From positions 1 to 54,057 of the IMG/VR virus record IMGVR_UViG_3300027986_000324: a stretch of 54,057 nucleotides of DNA; one strand, written 5' to 3'. The stretch's first letter is position 1. Each line of letters starts with the position of its first letter. The position numbers and the translations under genes are program-made. Positions 16,611 through 26,149 of this stretch are shown piece by piece. The stretch comes from a virus. Lineage: Duplodnaviria; Caudoviricetes. Below the pieces are notes generated by a model. The model ran no database searches and was not told the origin of the DNA. It saw only the letters and a list, made by a program, of their open reading frames with translations.

Positions 16611-19600
16611 TCATTGGATTTTCTGCACAATAAAAAATATGCCGTCGAAGGTGTCTGTGTTTGGTATGTTCACGGTCACGGTGATCGTGATGCTGGAAGT
16701 GGCTGTCTGATTAGAAGGGGAACCGGAATTACCTTGAAACGCGCCTGCGTCAGAGAAAGCTGGATAGCCCACAAAATTCTGCGTAGTCGTACTCAGGCCC
16801 TGCACCACTTCTTCATACCAGGCACTGACAGTGTCGGGAACGGTATGGGTCCAGCTTAAAAAGCCGCTGCCAAAATTCAGCTTTACAACCCATGCAGCCG
16901 TTCCCGTATCGTGTCTTATTCTCCATTTGATGTCCAACATCTGCCCTGCCAGCAGGGTATTGGCGGGGAGTGTATAGGTATAGAGAACCTGATCTGCACT
17001 GTTGCCAGTCGTGTTGGGTGGCGACGTGACTCCCTGTGAATTCAGGAGGGTGACACTGTTAGCGCTGTTCGCTCCGGTCAGATTTGCGCTTGTGATTTGA
17101 TTGCTGTTGAAGTTGTACGTCTGCCCTGCCGGTGCGGTGCCCCCATTGACGTCTGCCAGCGTTGGCTGCGCTTGCGCCGGAACTCCCGAAGTCGAAATGC
17201 TGGTCAAGAAGTTGTGGGTTGCCGCTGCAATCGATTCCACGCCGCCCAGCGTCGAAGAAGATGGATTCGGTAGCTGCGCTCCGGTTGCCGTGCCTGAGAT
17301 GTCAGTGAAGGCCGGCTGCGCACAGGTAGGCGCAGCATCCGCATTGTCGCCCGTCTGAAAGTTGTGGGTTGCGCAGCTCCCCGTTCCTCCCGCCGCACCA
17401 GTGGAGGCCGTCATGTCCGTTCCGGACCACTTGAAATATCCGCCAGTAGTGGACGGATGCGCCAGCCGTTGCCATGTTGGCGTTGCACCGATAGCAAACA
17501 GGCCATCCCCGCGAACTGGACTCGCCGCCGTGGTATCGGTGTGAAACGCGCTCAGTAGCGCATGTGGATCTTGCGCCGAGGATACCGTTCCAGAAAGGTC
17601 GCCGAAGCCAAGCTGCGCCGAGACGAACAGCGAGCCATTTCCCCTCAATACGTTTCCAGCCGCAGCAGCTGAGGACACCAGAAACCCCGTTGTCGCATTC
17701 ACCGCGCCGGTCACATCCAGCGCAAAGGCGGGGGACGTCTGATTGATGCCCACATTGTTATTGCTGCTGTTAATGGTGAACTGCGCACCCGTGGGCGAGC
17801 TGGAATTGTGGATGACAAACTTCCCGCCATTGATCCCGTTGCCGTTGTCTGTAGACCCAAACCACCAATTCACGCCGCCAGCGGCAGAGTTGCTGATCAC
17901 CATCTGGTTCGCGCCAGCAGAAGTACTTGTCGCCACATTGAACAGGCCCAGCGGGTTATTCGTTCCCACGCCCACGTTCTTGGACGCGTTGATCGAAAAC
18001 GCAGGCGATACCGCCGAGTTCACGCTATTGATGATGAACAGACCGCCACCCCCGGCATTGCCGGTGTCGGTTGACCCCAGGTACCATTCAGACCCGCCGC
18101 TGGCCGCGTTCTTAATGCCGATCTGCGGCGCGCCGGCGCTGGTCGTGCTTTGCACGACGAGATTCACATCCGGCGAGCTGGTTCCAAGTCCCATCGTTCC
18201 CCGGTCCACCAGGACGGTGTTGCTGCCTGAATCGGTGAGCGAGATCCCGCTGAAGCTTCCCGCGAGGCGCGTATTGGTAACGCCGGAATTGATTTGCAGG
18301 TCAGAGGCCGGCGTGGTGCTGCCTTCAATCACCCGGAAGTTGTCCACCTGGACGTCATCCGCGCCATTGGCGATCAACAGATGGCGCGCGTCTGAAGTAG
18401 GGACACCGTTCGAGTTGTCCGTGTCGATGTGGACGTGCGAACTGCCGTCCACCACGAACGCATGCCCGATCAGGGACACGGTAGGCGGCGCAGAGCCAGG
18501 CTGTGTGAAGGTGCCGAGGCTCACAGCGGTGGTGCTGCTCGAAGAGACGGTGATTGCCTTCTCGAATCCTTCCGATCCGGAGGCCCCATTCGTCGGCGTA
18601 ATGTACACGTTCGCCACCGTCACCAGTGGCGCATCCGTGGGCGCGATCGGCAGCGTGAAATTGATCGTCTGGTTTCCGCTCGTGAGCGTGACCAGGCTCG
18701 ATTCCGGGCTGGCCGTCGATTCGAGCGAAAGCGCCGAGGAGTTGAACTGCCTCTGCCAGGTGTACTTCAGAAAGTAGGTTCCCACGGGAAGCGTCCCGCC
18801 GGCAGCGACGGATGCGCTGGGGAAACTGGACGGCGCGGAAGGAGCGCGATGCACTTGCGCTTCGGCGTCCGAGTCGCGCACGCTCACATCGTGCGCATTT
18901 TGAATCCAGTAGGAGATGCCGTTCGATTCGGATGCGGAACCGGAAATATCCACATCCGCCCCGCTGTCGATCCAGATCCCAGGCCCCACATTGGTAATCG
19001 AGTATGCCTGCTGCAGGGTCACCGCGACCGGATCGTGCAGATGAATACCCGGCGCGGCATTGAGAATGGTCTTCACGTTCCGGAAAGAACACAGGATGCA
19101 GGTATCGACAAAAATCGCATCCGAGCACGCGTGCCGGACCTCGACATCCTCAATGCGCAAATCCTCGGTGTTCGATTGGTTCACCAGGTGGAAGGTGATG
19201 TTGCCGCCAAAGATGGCGTTAATCCCTGGACCCCGGAAGGTCATGCCCTTCAGGAGGAAATGGTTTACATCATTGAAGACAATTGTGCGCGACTGGAAAA
19301 GCGGATTCTGGGGAATGATCACCGTGCTCTGCCGTCCATCGCCGATCAGCGCTTTCATAGTGGGCTGATAGGCAAGCGGAGCGTTCGTGTTATCGATCAC
19401 ATAGACGCCATGCGGCATGTACACGATGGGCGCCGTGGGTGTGGTGTCATTGATGGCGGCCTGGATGAACGTCGTATCATCCTGCGCCGGATTCCACCAG
19501 TAGGCCTCAGCCACGAAACTCAGAGTGTTGGCCGCCGGAGAAGAGAGCGTGACCTGGGTTGGACTGATAAAGCTCGCAATCGAGCTCCAGGTATCGCACA

Positions 19601-19904
19601 CATTCGAAGCGCAACCGCCCGAGATCAGGATGTTCTTGCCGACGTCTGTAGGGCTGAATGTGTCCCAGGAAGTACTGTTCAGCGTGAAGGTCGCCGATCC
19701 GGCCGTCAGGGTTCCGGAGTAGGACTGCTTCCCCGTTCCGGTCAGGCTGTTGCCGTAATTGCGTACATCCCGCACGGGCTTATTCTTCAGCTGCCGTTCC
19801 CAGTCGATCTGCTGCGCGCCGGCAGAACGAGCGAATAGCGCGAGAATGGCCAAGACGGTTAGAGCGAAGCCAAACCAGAATTCCTTCCAGAATCGCGCCA
19901 TCAT
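16611..19904 (-). CDS. large tailspike/fibre (beta-helix plus repeats) with signal peptide
   Basis: True start MMARFWKEFW at 19904 (TGATG overlap); VRNYG...DDTTFIQAAI...VYMPHGVY pectin-lyase-like entry; NVG.GT..P fibre repeats. Confidence 0.85.
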   Translation of the reverse strand: MMARFWKEFWFGFALTVLAILALFARSAGAQQIDWERQLKNKPVRDVRNYGNSLTGTGKQSYSGTLTAGSATFTLNSTSWDTFSPTDVGKNILISGGCASNVCDTWSSIASFISPTQVTLSSPAANTLSFVAEAYWWNPAQDDTTFIQAAINDTTPTAPIVYMPHGVYVIDNTNAPLAYQPTMKALIGDGRQSTVIIPQNPLFQSRTIVFNDVNHFLLKGMTFRGPGINAIFGGNITFHLVNQSNTEDLRIEDVEVRHACSDAIFVDTCILCSFRNVKTILNAAPGIHLHDPVAVTLQQAYSITNVGPGIWIDSGADVDISGSASESNGISYWIQNAHDVSVRDSDAEAQVHRAPSAPSSFPSASVAAGGTLPVGTYFLKYTWQRQFNSSALSLESTASPESSLVTLTSGNQTINFTLPIAPTDAPLVTVANVYITPTNGASGSEGFEKAITVSSSSTTAVSLGTFTQPGSAPPTVSLIGHAFVVDGSSHVHIDTDNSNGVPTSDARHLLIANGADDVQVDNFRVIEGSTTPASDLQINSGVTNTRLAGSFSGISLTDSGSNTVLVDRGTMGLGTSSPDVNLVVQSTTSAGAPQIGIKNAASGGSEWYLGSTDTGNAGGGGLFIINSVNSAVSPAFSINASKNVGVGTNNPLGLFNVATSTSAGANQMVISNSAAGGVNWWFGSTDNGNGINGGKFVIHNSSSPTGAQFTINSSNNNVGINQTSPAFALDVTGAVNATTGFLVSSAAAAGNVLRGNGSLFVSAQLGFGDLSGTVSSAQDPHALLSAFHTDTTAASPVRGDGLFAIGATPTWQRLAHPSTTGGYFKWSGTDMTASTGAAGGTGSCATHNFQTGDNADAAPTCAQPAFTDISGTATGAQLPNPSSSTLGGVESIAAATHNFLTSISTSGVPAQAQPTLADVNGGTAPAGQTYNFNSNQITSANLTGANSANSVTLLNSQGVTSPPNTTGNSADQVLYTYTLPANTLLAGQMLDIKWRIRHDTGTAAWVVKLNFGSGFLSWTHTVPDTVSAWYEEVVQGLSTTTQNFVGYPAFSDAGAFQGNSGSPSNQTATSSITITVTVNIPNTDTFDGIFFIVQKIQ

Positions 19905-20257
19905 CAGTGTCTGTAAATCGCCTCGTGCGTGTCGCCCGGCTGCGGAATGTAGGCCGCCGCGTAGGTGATGCGGTTGCCGGCCAGCGTGAAGCCAATGCCC
20001 TGCGTCAGCTTCTGGCCGTTTTTGTAGAGTTGCAAGCTGCTGGCTGGATTGGGAGAGTTCGCCAGCGTAAACACGGCGTTGACGCCGTTGATGGTCCCTT
20101 GCGGGATCTCGGCATCGGCGAAGTTCGCGGTGCCCGTGCTGCCGCCCGTGGTGCCCTGCGTCTGCAGCCATTTCTGCCACGCAAGGTTGATGTTGCCTGC
20201 GCCGTCAAAAAAAGGAGTTCGCAGAAGACCGGGCGGAAATTTAGAACCAGGGGCCAT
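19904..20257 (-). CDS. small tail protein
   Basis: GTINGVNAVFTL...LQLYKNGQKL...FTL.G..IT beta domain; follows the gp10-like gene. Confidence 0.7.
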   Translation of the reverse strand: MAPGSKFPPGLLRTPFFDGAGNINLAWQKWLQTQGTTGGSTGTANFADAEIPQGTINGVNAVFTLANSPNPASSLQLYKNGQKLTQGIGFTLAGNRITYAAAYIPQPGDTHEAIYRH

Positions 20258-20283
20258 AAGGACTCAAAAGGAGCAAGCTACGT

Positions 20284-20297
20284 TCCAGACGTCTGGA
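20284..20297. promoter_or_regulatory. perfect 14-bp palindrome TCCAGACGTCTGGA (member of a dispersed motif family)
   Basis: Intergenic; related copies at 14891, 27349, 34372, 38962, 44589 and 49661. Confidence 0.6.
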
Positions 20298-20315
20298 CTG
20301 GAAGCGAGGCCGCGC

Positions 20316-22154
20316 TTAACCGCCCTTCCGGAGCTGGCTCACTAGCCGCTCTTGCGGCGCAAAGCCCGGCGTGGCCTGCAGGTAAGCGTCCACGATGCGC
20401 CACGGGATCGCGTCGCTGGCGCTCACTTCGTAAATGCGGTCCCTGGACCGTCCCAGCCGGCGCGCAATCGTCCGCGTCCTGAAATTTCCAGCTTGGCCGC
20501 AGTTCATCACCCGCTCGTTACTCCAGGTCTTCCCGCCGTCGTCGCTCCATCGCAGCATGATCTGCGGATCGCGTGGATAAACGGTCGGCGGCTTCGCCTG
20601 CACGACGCCTCCATTAACCATCAGGCCAGTCAGCAATTGCGTCCCGCTACTGGCCATCGGATAAGAGCCCGCGTACGTCGCGGAGAACGCGACAGCCGTC
20701 ACGCCAAGAACCCCGGTGATACTGATGGAAAGTTGCCAAGATTCATTGGCCGTAGTTCCGTCATTGAGCAGAACGACTTGCGCAGCGGCCCCGCCGTGTG
20801 CCGTTTGAATGGCCCCAAGATCAGTGATGGAGACGTTCCACAACACTCCATTGGGATCCTGTAGCGTGATAGTCGCGGGAAAGATCGCGGCCTGCGTGAA
20901 AGGCGGAATGGGTCCCAGCCCAGGCTCCAGGTCAATCTGCATCTCGTGATGGAAGGTCCACTGCTGCTCAGAGCTGATATGCGGCGCCCGGCGGATCCGG
21001 CGGATCGCGTTGCCAAAGTCATCGGCAAAACTCCAGCCGCTCCCGTTTTGTGTTGGAATCGACATCTGGTAAATGTTGCCGCTGGCCCAGTCCCCCACCA
21101 GGTGTTTGCCGAACGCGTAAACGTGACAGCGGCTGCGATGCGCCGTAAAGGCTGCATTCTTTGCATCCCAGAAGGCCCGTTCGTGCCACATTTGCGTGGC
21201 CACGTCGTAGACCCAGGTTTTATTGGCCGAGGGAAAGTACAGCACCCAGAAGGAATGCCCTTGGTCCTGGTACGTGTAACCGATGGCGTCCGCAATCGTT
21301 GGATACGCAGCCCAGGCCGTCTCTGTCGCATGGTTGCTCACCCGCACCGGGCTGTAACCCTGTGCCCGCCATGCCATCCCCCCCCCGCGATCATCCGCGC
21401 CCAACCAGAACACACTATTGTCCAGCCGCACCGCGCTGGCCGGCGCGATAATGCCCTGTTCGATGTATCCTCCGGGAACCACGTCAAAAGGAAAATCTGC
21501 GTTACCGGAGTCGTAATAGGCCACGCTTTTCGTCGCGCCCCACAGCCAGATCTCCCGATGATCCACCAGCATCGCGATCACGACATCCGGAAAGACGCTT
21601 ACGGTGCCGAAATTGGTCAGGTCCCAAGCCGCCGCATTGTCCGGGCTCGAGACATAAAATGTCTGGGACGCTGCCTGCAGCGCGATAAAGAATCCATCAC
21701 TAAAGCCGACCTGTGAAATTGGAATACCGACAAGCGCCCCGATGATGGTCAAGGTGTTGGCCTGCATGTCGAACAGATAGGGTATCAACCCGCTGGCAAT
21801 GACCACCTGCGTAGCGGAGGCGGTGAACGCTACGGGCAAGAGGTCGTTCGTGACACTGCCCCACACCGTAATTGCTCCCTGCGGGTTGATCTCAAATAGA
21901 GTCCCATCGCCAACCGCAAAAACTCGCAGCCCCACGATAGAGTCGATCGCAAGGATTCCGCGCACCTGCTTGACCGCATGGCCGCCCACAACCAGAGTCG
22001 CAAACACCGCCAGCCCCGGCGTGGGATACAAGGCCATCGCGCTCTTGCCCTGTCCGCTCTCGATCTGCTCCACGTACCAATTGAGCGTCTTCTGTGCATC
22101 GGCGTTCAGGGATTGCGACTGGTAGGACGGGCCAACAAAGGCGAAGCGTGCCAT
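20316..22154 (-). CDS. tail hub / packaged DNA stabilization protein (P22 gp10-like)
   Basis: N.Y.E......KS..ALYPTPGL, YQDQGHSFWVL, TWVYDVATQMWHER and IMLRWSDDGGKTWS motifs. Confidence 0.9.
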   Translation of the reverse strand: MARFAFVGPSYQSQSLNADAQKTLNWYVEQIESGQGKSAMALYPTPGLAVFATLVVGGHAVKQVRGILAIDSIVGLRVFAVGDGTLFEINPQGAITVWGSVTNDLLPVAFTASATQVVIASGLIPYLFDMQANTLTIIGALVGIPISQVGFSDGFFIALQAASQTFYVSSPDNAAAWDLTNFGTVSVFPDVVIAMLVDHREIWLWGATKSVAYYDSGNADFPFDVVPGGYIEQGIIAPASAVRLDNSVFWLGADDRGGGMAWRAQGYSPVRVSNHATETAWAAYPTIADAIGYTYQDQGHSFWVLYFPSANKTWVYDVATQMWHERAFWDAKNAAFTAHRSRCHVYAFGKHLVGDWASGNIYQMSIPTQNGSGWSFADDFGNAIRRIRRAPHISSEQQWTFHHEMQIDLEPGLGPIPPFTQAAIFPATITLQDPNGVLWNVSITDLGAIQTAHGGAAAQVVLLNDGTTANESWQLSISITGVLGVTAVAFSATYAGSYPMASSGTQLLTGLMVNGGVVQAKPPTVYPRDPQIMLRWSDDGGKTWSNERVMNCGQAGNFRTRTIARRLGRSRDRIYEVSASDAIPWRIVDAYLQATPGFAPQERLVSQLRKGG

Positions 22155-22157
22155 AGG

Positions 22158-22886
22158 TTACCGGCTCACCGGTCCATCTGTAATCCAGTTGTAGTGGCCG
22201 CCGCGCTGGTTCACCAGGGCCGTATCGCAGCGGAGATCGAGCAGAGGAATGTTCAGCGCCTTGATGACTGCCTTGCTGGACACGGCCTGCGCCGCGACCA
22301 CCGGAGGCACATCCGAGCGGCCAAACTCCGGAGCCAGATCCACCGCCAGGTTGTAGCGCAGCGCCTTCATATACCCAGGCGGAAACGTCTCATCCGTGAC
22401 CAGGTCCGGAAACTGCGTCAGGGCCGTCCACGTGTACAGCGCAAAATTAACCTGGACGTTCGGAATCGGCCAGAAGTTCAGCGTCATCAGCGGAAAACCA
22501 AGATCATTCCAGACTTTCAGCGGCAGCGAGCTGGTAATGTTCTTGACGGGAATTGCCTGCCAGCCCGCGTCCGTCAACAGCTCGAGCGGCAACTCCAGGG
22601 GCTGCGCCGCATTGGTCAGGCTGATCACTCCGACGCGGTCCACGCGCGGAGGCCGGGGAAGATTGAAGTCACCGCCCGCGCCCAGCGTATAGGCTTGCTT
22701 GAGCACGGCGGGCACGACAACCTGCCGTTGGATAGTGAACAGCGCCAGGCGCTCCGTTCCCCAGGAATCGATCATCTGGTTCAGGATGGTCAATCCGTCA
22801 TTGGCCTCGGCCGCGGTGGGTACTTCTCCGCTGGCGAGGACGCCAATCAACCGGAGCGCGCTGGCGATGAGATCGTTTGCTGTCAT
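22158..22886 (-). CDS. head-to-tail adaptor (P22 gp4-like)
   Basis: MTANDLI..ALR.IGVLASGE....E.NDGL..LNQMIDSW; PPGY.KALRYNLAV.LAPEFG. Confidence 0.85.
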   Translation of the reverse strand: MTANDLIASALRLIGVLASGEVPTAAEANDGLTILNQMIDSWGTERLALFTIQRQVVVPAVLKQAYTLGAGGDFNLPRPPRVDRVGVISLTNAAQPLELPLELLTDAGWQAIPVKNITSSLPLKVWNDLGFPLMTLNFWPIPNVQVNFALYTWTALTQFPDLVTDETFPPGYMKALRYNLAVDLAPEFGRSDVPPVVAAQAVSSKAVIKALNIPLLDLRCDTALVNQRGGHYNWITDGPVSR

Positions 22887-23461
22887 TGTGGCTTAGGCCT
22901 TTTGTGGGCTTGCTCGATCTGGCCAATCAGGTCTGGCCGGTTTGTCTTGTCAGGGTCAAGATCCAGCTCGAACAGCGCGAAGGCGTAGGCAGCCAGTCGG
23001 CGCTTGGTCCAGTCCGTGAAGTCCGGCAAGCGATTCCCCACTTCCCCCAGTTGCTGCAGGAGAGTGGCTTTGTCTTGGCTGAGGTCCTGCAGTTGCCCTT
23101 GCAGCGTCGTTACGTTGAGCTGCAATCTGGTGTTTTCTTGCCCAAGCATCACGAGCCGCTGTTCCAGTTGCCCGACTTTCTCTTCCATCGCATGGTCAGG
23201 CCCAACGGGCTGAATTCCCGCCTGCGAAGGAGCAGCCGCCGGCTTGCCCGGAGTATCGCTCCATCCGGCTCCCAGTTCCTTTTCCTGAAAAGGATTCTGC
23301 ACGAGCACAGGTGCTAGCGTTGCGTGATATTTCCACTTCGGAAAATCCTGATGCTCGTACCGGATTTCCAGATAGGTTCCCTTATCGTAGACATGAGGAC
23401 CTTTTACGATCTTCATGTGCTCTGCCTGTTGATTCGGCATGAGAGGTGGCGTTGTAGCCAT
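22883..23461 (-). CDS. hypothetical head-module protein (coiled coil)
   Basis: QDFPKWKYH N-terminal motif, central heptads; AAGGAG RBS. Confidence 0.7.
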   Translation of the reverse strand: MATTPPLMPNQQAEHMKIVKGPHVYDKGTYLEIRYEHQDFPKWKYHATLAPVLVQNPFQEKELGAGWSDTPGKPAAAPSQAGIQPVGPDHAMEEKVGQLEQRLVMLGQENTRLQLNVTTLQGQLQDLSQDKATLLQQLGEVGNRLPDFTDWTKRRLAAYAFALFELDLDPDKTNRPDLIGQIEQAHKRPKPQ

Positions 23462-23497
23462 AAAGTGATTTCTCCTTTGTCGCGAAAAGTGTGAACA

Positions 23498-23700
23498 AAC
23501 TCGGCAGAAGGTTGAGAGAGAGAACCTGCGCCCACCATGCAGCGGTCATGGAAACCGGGCATCCCCAGCTGCCCGGCGCGCCCCTTGCACCCCTAACTGC
23601 ATGGCGACATTCGCGGCGATTACCCGCCGCGCGCCCACCAACTCTTCAGGAGAGAATTGGAAACCGCTGTGAAGCAGAAGGCCCGCTTTTCTCTGCCGAA
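23498..23700 (-). ncRNA. candidate structured RNA in late-operon intergenic gap
   Basis: Multiple stems and two copies of CGGTTTCCA-stem-TGGTGGGCGC. Confidence 0.4.
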
Positions 23701-23715
23701 ACTCTGGATAGCTGC

Positions 23716-24822
23716 TTAAATCGGGTAATACGTGTAGTGGATGATTCCACCCGGTGAGTTCGTGGTTGTGGCCGTGGTCGCGGCACATTGGAATGTCACC
23801 GTCAACACTACGTCCTGCAAGTCCGTCTGCAGCAGGATGGGCGATGCCGGCGTGAAGGTCACCGTGTAGAAAGCTCCCGCCGTGGTTGTGGCCGTGTTGA
23901 ACGACCCCACCACGGGAGTAATCGCCATCGTTCCCGAATCGAGCCTTGCCGGCGCGACCGTGGAAGGGGTTTCCGACGCGCCAGAGGCCGGATAGGTCAC
24001 CTGCCCGAACACAATCGAGCTGTTGAACGTTCCCGAGGCCAGCGTGTTGGCCTGCGTTCCAAGCGCACCGCCCTGTACTCCGTAATAAAACACGAAGTTC
24101 GTCAGGTAGACGCCCTTGCCCGGCTGCGTGTTGGACAGCCGCTGCGGAACGTGGACTTTACAGACGTATGTATGGGTGTTCGTACCCGTCGAGGATGTCT
24201 GCGCCTGGACAACGGGAGTGGCGGAAGCGCCCGTGGTGGTAAAGCCGTTCGTTCCCGTCGAGTTGCCGGAAACGCTCGAATTGCACTGGGAAAAGGTAAA
24301 CGGGATCGCGCCGTCTGTGAACTTGTACGGCCACGGGCTTGCCTGCCTTACCCAGATGTTCGTGTTCGAGTCGCACGTGAAGACGTCCCCGCTTGCCGCT
24401 GAGACGGTAGGCAAGACAGGTTCAAGCGATGCCGTGCAGGACCCGTTTGGATCGAAGTTTTTGAAGAAGTTGGGCGGCCCCACGTAGACCGTAGCGCCGG
24501 ACACGTGGCCGCGAGCCTGCGTGCCCCAGATGCCGCGCGCCACGGACACAAGACCAGTGCTTGCGTTCACGCCCAGGACCTGCATGAACTCAGTGTCCAC
24601 CACCACGATGCTGCCGTTTTGATTGCCCTGCGTGGGTGCGGTGAAGCCGGTGAGCGAAGCGGGCTGGATCTGCGTCTGTAGCACCACGCCGCCCGTCGCA
24701 GATGTGCCGCCGTTTACGGCAGCAGAGAGAGTCGTCTGTTGCAGTGTGGACTGTCCCAGCGCAGCCATGCTCGCCAGGACCGCCATCAGAAAAACACCAA
24801 AAGTTTTCGTCAGGAACCTCAT
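23716..24822 (-). CDS. putative head decoration/fibre protein with signal peptide
   Basis: Directly after the coat gene; GAGGAG RBS; MRFLTKTFGVFLMAVLASMAALG-QSTLQQTTLSAAV; V.RG..GT.A..H.SGATV beta domain. Confidence 0.75.
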   Translation of the reverse strand: MRFLTKTFGVFLMAVLASMAALGQSTLQQTTLSAAVNGGTSATGGVVLQTQIQPASLTGFTAPTQGNQNGSIVVVDTEFMQVLGVNASTGLVSVARGIWGTQARGHVSGATVYVGPPNFFKNFDPNGSCTASLEPVLPTVSAASGDVFTCDSNTNIWVRQASPWPYKFTDGAIPFTFSQCNSSVSGNSTGTNGFTTTGASATPVVQAQTSSTGTNTHTYVCKVHVPQRLSNTQPGKGVYLTNFVFYYGVQGGALGTQANTLASGTFNSSIVFGQVTYPASGASETPSTVAPARLDSGTMAITPVVGSFNTATTTAGAFYTVTFTPASPILLQTDLQDVVLTVTFQCAATTATTTNSPGGIIHYTYYPI

Positions 24823-24837
24823 TTGCGTTGTCTCCTC

Positions 24838-24868
24838 AAAAGTGAAGGAGGCCATCACTGGCCCCCTT
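24838..24868 (-). terminator. probable intrinsic terminator after the coat gene
   Basis: AAGGGGGCCA-GTGA-TGGCCTCCTT followed by CACTTTT. Confidence 0.55.
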
Positions 24869-24912
24869 GGAAGTTGTCTCAACCTGTTGTCGCGCGAACG
24901 CTTGCGGAGTGC

Positions 24913-26130
24913 TTAGCTAGCCACGCGGCACGCGAGCTCCGGATACAGCGTCGTCCAGCCGCCCAGAACATCGAGGCGGCAGGGGAAGCGGTCGGTGTTG
25001 ATGTCATAGGCCTGCACCATGCGCATGCTGATGCCGAGTTGTTTGTCGCTCACGCGGGATGCGTGATGCACCCCGCCGGGAAGAAGCAGATCGGCGCATC
25101 CCCAGGCAAAAGCATCTTTGTGGTAAGCCAGCCCCTGCGGGCTGTTCACGGCGCCAGCGCCGCTCACGGTCACAACAGCGTTGTTGGCGGGAGAAGCGGT
25201 CGCAGTCTGGAACGGTCCAGCGGTTACGATGCCTTGGCCGCCAGGCCCCGCGATCGGGATGGCCGCCAGGCCGCCGCCGCCAGAGACGACGTTGGCCAGT
25301 ACCACCCAATTCGCCAGCACGCCCGTGGATTGCCGGTTCTGTGGGTTGACCGCGAACACGCCCGCAAACTGGATCACATCGCCCTGGTTCAGTACTTGGG
25401 TGTTGTTGTTCCAGCCGCTCGTGTTGATCACGTTGCCCACTTGGCCGGCGCCGTTCACCACCGGAGCGCCGCCCTGTGCGCCAATGACCTGGACCCTTAC
25501 GTTCTGGTCCATGACCCAGTCAAAGTCAATGGTCTCGCCCATGATGCCCCGCCGGTATTGCGAAGCGATATCGGACGACGCCTGGAAGAGTCCCTTCAAA
25601 GCATCAACGATCACCGCTTGCATGCCGGGCGAGATGGCGAGGCTTCTCTGCCCATCGCGTGGAGTTGCCTGCTCATCCAGCCGCTGTGCTGCTTGCAGAT
25701 AGGTAAGCAGGGCGTTAGGAATCGTTCCCGGAGTGCCCACCAGGTTAAAGACGTTCAGGTATTGACCGGTGCCGTCAAAATCAATTCCGTTGGCTACGTT
25801 CGCCACGGCGGGCTTGATGAAGCGGTCGGCAAAGTCGTCAATACTCAGCGTCAGGTCGGCTGACGTAAAGGCCAGGTCGCAGCCGTACTGTGTATTGAGC
25901 GCCAGAGGCACAAAGGTCTCCGTCGCATCTTCAATTTGCAAAGCCTGCCCGCGCCGTCCAATGTAGCGCGGCGGTTTGCGGATGTTGAGCACGGTCCCGA
26001 TCTTCGCCCCGGTTTTCCCAAAGGAGTCGTCAAAATCCTTGCGGACTCCCCGGAAAAATTTCAGATTGTTCTCGAGCACGCGCAACGCCTCGCGCGTGAT
26101 CATCGAGATAGTCAGCAGTGTGTTCGCCAC
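24913..26130 (-). CDS. major capsid protein (P22 gp5 family)
   Basis: ANTLLTI.MITREALRVLENNL, KIG..LNIRKP, F..RFIKPA, LAYHKDAF and CRLDVL.GW...YPELACR motifs. Confidence 0.95.
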   Translation of the reverse strand: MANTLLTISMITREALRVLENNLKFFRGVRKDFDDSFGKTGAKIGTVLNIRKPPRYIGRRGQALQIEDATETFVPLALNTQYGCDLAFTSADLTLSIDDFADRFIKPAVANVANGIDFDGTGQYLNVFNLVGTPGTIPNALLTYLQAAQRLDEQATPRDGQRSLAISPGMQAVIVDALKGLFQASSDIASQYRRGIMGETIDFDWVMDQNVRVQVIGAQGGAPVVNGAGQVGNVINTSGWNNNTQVLNQGDVIQFAGVFAVNPQNRQSTGVLANWVVLANVVSGGGGLAAIPIAGPGGQGIVTAGPFQTATASPANNAVVTVSGAGAVNSPQGLAYHKDAFAWGCADLLLPGGVHHASRVSDKQLGISMRMVQAYDINTDRFPCRLDVLGGWTTLYPELACRVAS

Positions 26131-26149
26131 GGATTACTCTCCTCGGGAT

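Noticed and set aside
19905-20213. Upstream 92-codon extension of the fibre ORF, or a -1 frameshift at T TTT TTT fusing the small tail gene to it
   Set aside because: The -1 frame hits TGA immediately after the slippery site; the extension reads as off-frame sequence and the TGATG-coupled start at 19904 is better
21378-21386. Phase-variable G9 tract in the gp10-like gene
   Set aside because: It encodes Gly-Gly-Gly in an essential structural gene; no reason to expect switching
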